NCBI GenBank assembly: GCA_020627945.1 | Contig: JAHDFW010000001.1 | Span: forward strand, 5,603 to 69,602 | Direction: 5' to 3' | Origin: Cytophagales bacterium | GTDB lineage: Bacteria; Bacteroidota; Bacteroidia; Cytophagales; JAHDFW01 | Length of the DNA stretch: 64,000 bases | Shown: positions 28,127 to 34,366 of the stretch, piece after piece | Numbering within the stretch: the stretch's first letter is position 1 | How the letters are laid out: each line of letters starts with the position of its first letter | Notes under the pieces: generated by a model | The model's database searches: none | What the model was told of the DNA's origin: nothing | The model's input: only the letters and a program-made list of their open reading frames with translations | Made by a program: the position numbers and the translations under genes

Positions 28127-30398
28127 GATTGAACCTTACTAATTTGGTTAAGCCGTTTATAAGTTTTTTTAACCTGGAATTATTGATATTATATAACCCA
28201 CTTAGGTTAGTACTTTTACTTGTACCATTGAGAACGAGTTTGATATTCGTTATCTTAAACTCTTGAGCAATATAATCTGGATAGGATAAGTATTTGGAAG
28301 GTGTGAAATTCGATCGCACCAAATAAAAACTATGGTCACAGGACTTCATAACCTGCAATACTTCTGGGTTAGACAGCAACATTGGAAGATCAATAATTAC
28401 CAGATCAAAGTTTTGTTTTAGTTCATATAACAAGTGACTCAGTTTTTCCACAAACAAAGAATCTATTTCTGTTCTCCCAGTTAATTGTAATTCATACAGG
28501 CCTGTGCTTTCATTTTTACGTAGTTGTTTCTGCCAATCAAATGTTGAATAACGTATGTCAAAATTTTGGTCTTCTAAATTGCCTTTGATTAAAGGATCAA
28601 CACTCAGAAATAATACAGTCCATCCTGTCCGTAGAAACGATTGACAAAGACCATTTGAAAAATACGTTTTACCTTCTTTTTCCATTCCAGAGGTTATAGC
28701 GATGCTTTGATTTTTCTGAATTCCATTCAACTTACAGAGTGTATTAAACTGATCGAATTGTCTCTGCTTCACTTGGTTATTTTTAGCCCAAGGAAGAACT
28801 CCAAGTACATGTTGTTGCGTATATTTCTCGAGTTCATTACGAGTATCAACCTTGGCCATCAACATAGATTTCAAGAAGACTATACTTACCCCCAGCAGCA
28901 ATCCAATAAAACCGGCCACAATCAACAACAATGATTTTTTAGGAGAAGCTGGGGTAGATGGAATTGTGGCCTGTTGAATTATCCTGTGAAATGCAATATT
29001 AGATGCTTCGGAAATTGCCGCTTCAGTACGTTTCTCGGCCAGAAAATTGAACATCTTTTGGTTTAGCTGAAATTCCCTTTCCAAAATCACCATCTGCTTT
29101 TCTTTCGTAGGTAATCCCTCAAAGGTCTTTTGAGCAAGAACAATCGTCTCTTCAATTTCACCTCGTTTGATACGTAGACTATTTCTGGTATTATGAATAC
29201 TTTCACGTATGTAGTCGGTCAGATCTTTTATTTTTTCATCAATCAATTTAACTTGCTTCTCCTCCTTGGTATACTTCAAAAGCAAGTCTTTCTTTTCGGC
29301 TTGATACATTTTGATCTTCTTAATCAATTCGGTTGAAAGTAAATCATTGAATGCTTCAAAATTTGGAGCTAACTGAAGAAACTCTTTATCCTCATCATCA
29401 ACATACTTAACTAATGAATCTAAGGAGGCCAGATTCATATCTAAGTTGGCTAATTGAATTTTTAGTTGTGCAATCTTGCGGAGTTCTGTTTCAGTTTCTT
29501 GCCGGGTATTAATGATATTATTCTTAAGACGGTAATCCTCTATTTTCCCTTCAGATTCGCGAAGCTTCTTAGAAACTTGCTCCAGTTGCCCATCAATAAA
29601 GTCCACCGTACGACCAGCAGCATTGCTCCTTGTATTGATGTAATCCTCAATATAAATTTTGGTTAAAGTATTTAGTAAATCGGCAGTCTTTTCTGGCACT
29701 TCAGATTTATATGAAACACGAATTACAGGCACATCTTTTTCTACAGCAACTACATCCAATCGACTCGCAACACGCTCCTTAAGGTCTTGAGGATCATTAA
29801 AAATTGTAAGGTATTGATCCTCCAACTGAAAGTTTGGTACGGCGGCAATAATAGAATCAGCTTTAACGACACTAAACTTCCAATTATTAACCACATAATC
29901 TTCCCCAAAAACTCCACTAAAAGCCGCATTATGAAACGTGAAAGGAAATAAAATTGTATAATTCTCATCACTCAGCACATCTATTCGAATCTCCTTATTA
30001 ATCAAAGAACTTGGGATGTTTTCGCTCTTAAATTCAAACGGTTTATTATGATACAACTCTTGAGTTCGAATAACACCAACTCTATAATATGAAGTACCAA
30101 AATCTAATTCTTCTAAAGCTTTTCCAATTAGCAATGATGATTTTAGAAGTTCAACTTCGCCAGCAATCTTATTCACATTAGAAAAGAGATCAAAATCCTT
30201 ATACAAGGTAGCGCTAGATGGTCCCTGACCCAGGTCATCTAGCTTAATTTTAACTGTACTTTCGAATTGCAATGGAGTGTATCTTATTACTCGCAAAGCA
30301 ATTAGTACAGCTATTAAAACACTGGCTAATACTACCAACCACCCACCCCGACGAAATGGTTTAATAATACGCGATATATCCTGCTTTTCTTCTAACAT
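28119..30398 (-). CDS. Polysaccharide co-polymerase / chain-length determinant with degenerate BY-kinase-like C-terminal domain (Wzc/GumC-like)
   Basis: It has an N-terminal TM, then a Wzz-like coiled-coil periplasmic region, then a second TM (LLLIVAGFIGLLLGVSIVFL). The C-terminal P-loop is ITSGMEKEGKT and the Walker B-like motif is LVIIDLPML. There is no C-terminal Tyr cluster. Confidence 0.8.
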   Translation of the reverse strand: MLEEKQDISRIIKPFRRGGWLVVLASVLIAVLIALRVIRYTPLQFESTVKIKLDDLGQGPSSATLYKDFDLFSNVNKIAGEVELLKSSLLIGKALEELDFGTSYYRVGVIRTQELYHNKPFEFKSENIPSSLINKEIRIDVLSDENYTILFPFTFHNAAFSGVFGEDYVVNNWKFSVVKADSIIAAVPNFQLEDQYLTIFNDPQDLKERVASRLDVVAVEKDVPVIRVSYKSEVPEKTADLLNTLTKIYIEDYINTRSNAAGRTVDFIDGQLEQVSKKLRESEGKIEDYRLKNNIINTRQETETELRKIAQLKIQLANLDMNLASLDSLVKYVDDEDKEFLQLAPNFEAFNDLLSTELIKKIKMYQAEKKDLLLKYTKEEKQVKLIDEKIKDLTDYIRESIHNTRNSLRIKRGEIEETIVLAQKTFEGLPTKEKQMVILEREFQLNQKMFNFLAEKRTEAAISEASNIAFHRIIQQATIPSTPASPKKSLLLIVAGFIGLLLGVSIVFLKSMLMAKVDTRNELEKYTQQHVLGVLPWAKNNQVKQRQFDQFNTLCKLNGIQKNQSIAITSGMEKEGKTYFSNGLCQSFLRTGWTVLFLSVDPLIKGNLEDQNFDIRYSTFDWQKQLRKNESTGLYELQLTGRTEIDSLFVEKLSHLLYELKQNFDLVIIDLPMLLSNPEVLQVMKSCDHSFYLVRSNFTPSKYLSYPDYIAQEFKITNIKLVLNGTSKSTNLSGLYNINNSRLKKLINGLTKLVRFNHV

Positions 30399-30403
30399 TC
30401 GGT

Positions 30404-31147
30404 TTATCTATTAATAAGTGAAACAAGAATTGCTATAGCCGTGGCTACACTTGTAAATGGAATAAGAGTCGGTGCTTTTTTATCTATTACTTTTCCTCCT
30501 CTACATGGTATATAAATAACATCATTTGGGTATATCAAAATAGGGGCTCCGCTTTGAATTTTGGTTAAATCAAACGTCATCAAACTATCTCCGCGCCTAA
30601 TAGTGGCTTTCTTCTTATTTGCATAAAATGTAAGTCCTCCACTTTTAGAAAGGGCTTCCATCAAAGTGTTTTTTTCTTTTTCAAGAAGTAGGGTGCCAGG
30701 GTTATTTACCTCGCCTAAAACAGACACTTCCTTGTTCAAAACCTTCACCACAATAATGGGCTCTACTAAGTATTTTGAATAATACCTGGTTAATGTATCT
30801 GCTGCCTCGCGTTCAGTTAGGTGTTCAATCGAAACTCTACCTATCTTTGGGAGCATAATTTGTCCTTTTGAATCCACCATCACCCATTTTCCATATACCT
30901 CATTCGAATTATAAATCCCAAAAAGGGATCCTATGCTCATTTCGTCATTCCCCCAGATACTTACGCTAACCTTGTCATCAACTGAAATTTTATAATTACA
31001 GAATGATGAATCACTTTGCAAAACACTAACGGGAGAATAGTTGCGATTTGCTTCAAATAGGTTTTGAGTTCGACAAGAAAAAAGGCTAAAGGCCAATAAT
31101 AAGATTATCAAACGTAAACTATAGGTCGTTAATTTATCTCGCATCAT
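30404..31147 (-). CDS. Polysaccharide export outer-membrane protein (Wza-like: Poly_export + SLBB)
   Basis: It has a lipoprotein-like signal (LLAFSLFSC). The pattern YKISVDDKVSVSIWGNDE...GQIMLPKIGRVSIEHLTEREA...VSVLGEVNNPG is typical of Poly_export/SLBB domains. Confidence 0.8.
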   Translation of the reverse strand: MMRDKLTTYSLRLIILLLAFSLFSCRTQNLFEANRNYSPVSVLQSDSSFCNYKISVDDKVSVSIWGNDEMSIGSLFGIYNSNEVYGKWVMVDSKGQIMLPKIGRVSIEHLTEREAADTLTRYYSKYLVEPIIVVKVLNKEVSVLGEVNNPGTLLLEKEKNTLMEALSKSGGLTFYANKKKATIRRGDSLMTFDLTKIQSGAPILIYPNDVIYIPCRGGKVIDKKAPTLIPFTSVATAIAILVSLINR

Positions 31148-31150
31148 GAC

Positions 31151-31639
31151 TTACGCAAAAACAATAAGACCCAACAAAACTCCGACTATGCTAAAAAACA
31201 CTATTGCTATCAATAGAGCATTACGATTACGATTACGAAGTTTGCGCTTTAGTAAGTTATTGATTCTATTCATTCGTGAAATCTTATCCGCAATAACCTG
31301 AAGGCCTGCCTCACTCTTCTCTATATAATCGAAAGCACCAAATTTTAAGCTCTTTACAGCAACATCCATCTTTCTCTGCCCTGAAACAAGTAGCACATGA
31401 ATATTTGGATTAAATGCTTTTATTTTTTTCAAGACATCAAGCCCGTTTATTTCCCCATCTAAAAAATAATCCAGTACAATAATATCCGGCATTTTAAATA
31501 GAGCATTAATGCATTCAGCTCCAGTGGTAAATAGTTCAACTCTTTTGTGACCATTATAGAAGAGTTCGTTTTTAATATACTCCTGATAATTTAGGTCGTC
31601 TTCTACAATATAAATTAATGGTGAATTAGCTGTTTTCAT
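31151..31639 (-). CDS. Single-domain receiver with C-terminal transmembrane anchor (REC-TM), first gene of the polysaccharide operon
   Basis: The receiver residues are present: LIYIVEDD, IIVLDYFLDGEINGLDVL (phospho-Asp), VLLVSGQ and DYIEKS. A basic stretch KRKLRNRNRN and a terminal TM helix (ALLIAIVFFSIVGVLLGLIVFA) follow. Its stop lies 3 nt before the wza-like start. Confidence 0.8.
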   Translation of the reverse strand: MKTANSPLIYIVEDDLNYQEYIKNELFYNGHKRVELFTTGAECINALFKMPDIIVLDYFLDGEINGLDVLKKIKAFNPNIHVLLVSGQRKMDVAVKSLKFGAFDYIEKSEAGLQVIADKISRMNRINNLLKRKLRNRNRNALLIAIVFFSIVGVLLGLIVFA

Positions 31640-31648
31640 ATATCATAC

Positions 31649-31708
31649 TTAATGGTTACAGCATCTAATTCAATAAACACACCTAAACCATTAAATACTG
31701 ATTATCAA
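31649..31708 (-). promoter_or_regulatory. Leader/operator-like region of the polysaccharide operon (inverted repeat plus motifs shared with 32652-32699)
   Basis: A 9-bp inverted repeat, TTAATGGTT (31649-31657) and AACCATTAA (31686-31694), ends 9 nt before the ATG. The 10-mers accattaaat (31687-31696) and tgattatcaa (31699-31708) recur upstream of the REC-Hpt genes. Confidence 0.3.
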
Positions 31709-31788
31709 TTCATTACACATCTCAACAACAAAACTTATGTCCAGAAAAGAAACTGTTTTCTCGATTTGAGAAAACAAGGGTGATTGGT

Positions 31789-31841
31789 AATTAAATAAAA
31801 ACTCCAAAGACTCGAAGTGTAAACCTTGTCGTCTTTGGAGT
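31789..31841 (-). terminator. Rho-independent terminator after the Hpt gene
   Basis: A perfect 11-bp stem pairs ACTCCAAAGAC with GTCTTTGGAGT, with a 19-nt loop. On the minus strand it is followed by TTTTATTTAA. Confidence 0.65.
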
Positions 31842-31890
31842 TAATCCTTTTATTAAGTTAACGTGAGTTCGGATTAAGCTATAGTTACAG

Positions 31891-32235
31891 CTATTTAAAT
31901 TTTAGCAATATATCATCAAAAACCGCAATATAAGATTGTTCAATATTTCTTAGCAGGTGATCCATTCCAGCGTCCGATTCATTTTTGCATAAAGCCTGAA
32001 CTTGTGTAAGACTCTTGATCACCTCTTCCATCTGCAATACTTCCGTGGACGGTTTCAACCTGTGTATAGCAGAATGGATCGTATTATAATCTCGTTGTTC
32101 AAATGCTGCTCGAATCTTGTCTATACTTTTGGAAGATTCGGTTACAAACATAAAGGCCATGCGTTTCACAAAGTCACTATTACCTCGCGACATTTCTTCA
32201 AGATTCTCTAAGCTATAAGTTTCTGAGTTATTCAT
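31891..32235 (-). CDS. Histidine phosphotransfer (Hpt) domain protein
   Basis: It is a 114-aa helical protein with the Hpt-like motif HSAIHRLKPSTEVLQMEEV (H-x-x-K). Its start overlaps the upstream REC stop by ATGA. Confidence 0.75.
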   Translation of the reverse strand: MNNSETYSLENLEEMSRGNSDFVKRMAFMFVTESSKSIDKIRAAFEQRDYNTIHSAIHRLKPSTEVLQMEEVIKSLTQVQALCKNESDAGMDHLLRNIEQSYIAVFDDILLKFK

Positions 32236-32633
32236 GCAGCATTTGATGATTGTTGGATTCGTTTAATTGTAGCGATGATCTTATCACTGATCCAGTTAAT
32301 ATTATCTGACTTTAGAAAATAATCTAGACCTCTAAATTTACGATAATCATCTAAAATGCCAATGCGATGATTATCTGAACAAAGTATTACTGGAATATCG
32401 AAAGTTTCTTCAAAAAGACTCACCGCCTCGTGACCATTCAAAATATATTGGTCTCTTCCATTCCATTTAAAATCAAGAATTATTAAGTCTGGGGTTACTT
32501 CCATTTTATGCAATAATTCTAATGAGTGTGAGAATTGAGTCAAATGAATGTCGTGCGGTAATAATGTTTTTTCTAATTGTGACATCAACGAATTGTCTTG
32601 GTCAACGATGTAAATGTTACTGATCTTTTTCAT
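32232..32633 (-). CDS. Stand-alone response-regulator receiver domain protein
   Basis: The receiver residues are present: NIYIVDQD, LIILDFKW (phospho-Asp position), VILCSD and DYFLKS. There is no output domain. Confidence 0.75.
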   Translation of the reverse strand: MKKISNIYIVDQDNSLMSQLEKTLLPHDIHLTQFSHSLELLHKMEVTPDLIILDFKWNGRDQYILNGHEAVSLFEETFDIPVILCSDNHRIGILDDYRKFRGLDYFLKSDNINWISDKIIATIKRIQQSSNAA

Positions 32634-32651
32634 GGCTATAATATTTTATTT

Positions 32652-32699
32652 ACCATTAAATCCAAAATCCAACCAAACAAACTAAGTGTTGATTATCAA
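32652..32699 (-). promoter_or_regulatory. Upstream region of REC-Hpt genes carrying the two 10-mers shared with 31687-31708
   Basis: accattaaat lies at 32652-32661 and tgattatcaa at 32690-32699. The second sits within the perfect palindrome GTTGAT-T-ATCAAC at 32688-32700. Confidence 0.3.
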
Positions 32700-32764
32700 C
32701 TATTTACAATCAAACACCTTTAACAATCATTCTAATAATTGGAATGATTTCTCATATAGAGAAT

Positions 32765-34123
32765 TTAAACCTCTCCCCTCTTAATCATTTTATACAACGT
32801 GGATTTACCTATATCTAGTTTTTCAGCAACTAGTGCCACATCATTATCATACTTTTCTAAATAATGCTGAATTATGCGGTTTGTAAACTCTTTTAAGGTT
32901 ACGTCTTCGCTCATAAAATCACGGATACTACCTGTAGAATTAAAAGTGATGTCAGAAGCCTGTATTTCTTGCTCATCTGATAATACTATTGCCAACTCAA
33001 TCAACGATTTCAGTTCTCGAACATTACCAGGATATGCGTGAGTAAGCAATTTCTGTTTTGCTTCTTCGGATAGGCTTTTAACTTTCTTCTTGTTCTCCTT
33101 GCAAAAACTGTCGATAAAGAATTTTGCCAGAATCAGAATATCTTCCTTACGCTCTCGAAGAGGTGGCATTTTTACAGGTAAGCCCAATAATCTAAAATAC
33201 AAATCTTCTCTAAAGTTTCCATTCCGAACTTCCTCGGCCAAATCTTTATGAGTTGCAACAATTAAGCGCACATCAATTTCTTTGGTTTTATTACTTCCTA
33301 CTGGTGTTACCTCGCGTTCTTGTAAAACTCTTAATAATTTTGCCTGCATGGTAGGGTCCATATCGGCAATCTCGTCTAAAAATAAAGTTCCCTTGTGCGC
33401 TTCTTCGAACTTACCTATTCTCTTAGCAACAGCGCCAGTGAATGCCCCTTTTTCATGACCAAAAAGTTCGCTCTCAACTAAATCTTTTGGTATTGCAGAC
33501 ATATTCACTGCCACTAAGGATTTTTTCTTTCGAGGTGAATTATAATGAATGCATTTAGCGACTAATTCTTTACCCGTGCCCGTTTCGCCAGTAACCGACA
33601 CAGTAATATTATTATCACAGGCCTTATTCATCAGTTTAAATACTGACTTAATCGCCGCACTATTCCCCTTTATAGCATCTTCAAAATCATACTTCTGAAC
33701 AAGTTGTTCTTTCAAATTCTCAACTTGCTCTTTTAACTCCTCATGTTCTCTAATATTTAGTATAGACTTCCATAATCGATCTTTGGTATCATGGTCCTTT
33801 ACTAAATAGTCCTTTACCATATCCTCTTTTAGAAAATCGATGGCAATTTTCACATCATTCTGACCAGAGATAAGAATAATTGGTAATGCTGGATTGGTTT
33901 TTTGCAACTTTTTGAGCAAGTCACCACCATTCATATCAGGAAGTTCATAGTCCAAACAAACAACATCTGGTCGTCGATGCAAGTTGTCTAAGCAGTCTTT
34001 AGCAGTTGTAAATTTTTCAATTACATAATCGGGGTTTAAGGAAAGATGATACTCTAGGATATCTGCGAACCAAACATCATCTTCTACCAAAAATATTAGA
34101 AAGGAATTAGATTTTACCGGCAT
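32765..34123 (-). CDS. Sigma-54-dependent transcriptional activator (REC, AAA+ and Fis-type HTH; NtrC family)
   Basis: The REC domain has FLVEDD and VCLDYELPDMNG. Walker A is GETGTGKELVAKCIH. ESELFGHEKGAFTGA carries an intact GAFTGA loop. The sequence also contains LFLDEIADM and RVLQEREV. The C-terminal HTH is LDIGKSTLYKMIKR. Confidence 0.92.
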   Translation of the reverse strand: MPVKSNSFLIFLVEDDVWFADILEYHLSLNPDYVIEKFTTAKDCLDNLHRRPDVVCLDYELPDMNGGDLLKKLQKTNPALPIILISGQNDVKIAIDFLKEDMVKDYLVKDHDTKDRLWKSILNIREHEELKEQVENLKEQLVQKYDFEDAIKGNSAAIKSVFKLMNKACDNNITVSVTGETGTGKELVAKCIHYNSPRKKKSLVAVNMSAIPKDLVESELFGHEKGAFTGAVAKRIGKFEEAHKGTLFLDEIADMDPTMQAKLLRVLQEREVTPVGSNKTKEIDVRLIVATHKDLAEEVRNGNFREDLYFRLLGLPVKMPPLRERKEDILILAKFFIDSFCKENKKKVKSLSEEAKQKLLTHAYPGNVRELKSLIELAIVLSDEQEIQASDITFNSTGSIRDFMSEDVTLKEFTNRIIQHYLEKYDNDVALVAEKLDIGKSTLYKMIKRGEV

Positions 34124-34278
34124 TAATTATTCTCAATTTGTATCAATATACGAAACACAAATAAAGAAGTTATGTATAAAATGAAATTTGTTGTTTCAAA
34201 CACCTAATAAGTGATTGTTTTTAAATTGATAGTATTTAATATTTATACGTAAGCATCCAAACTGTATGGCATAATTAT

Positions 34279-34312
34279 AAAAAAACGAATACCTCTTCGA
34301 AGTATTCGTTTT
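34279..34312 (-). terminator. Rho-independent terminator after the vWA anti-sigma gene
   Basis: The stem pairs AACGAATAC with GTATTCGTT (34284-34292 and 34302-34310). On the minus strand it is followed by TTTTTTTAT. Confidence 0.65.
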
Positions 34313-34366
34313 GTAAATTACACTGATTTTTAAAGTTGCCTCAACCGAGCTATCCTTGTATTCGAA

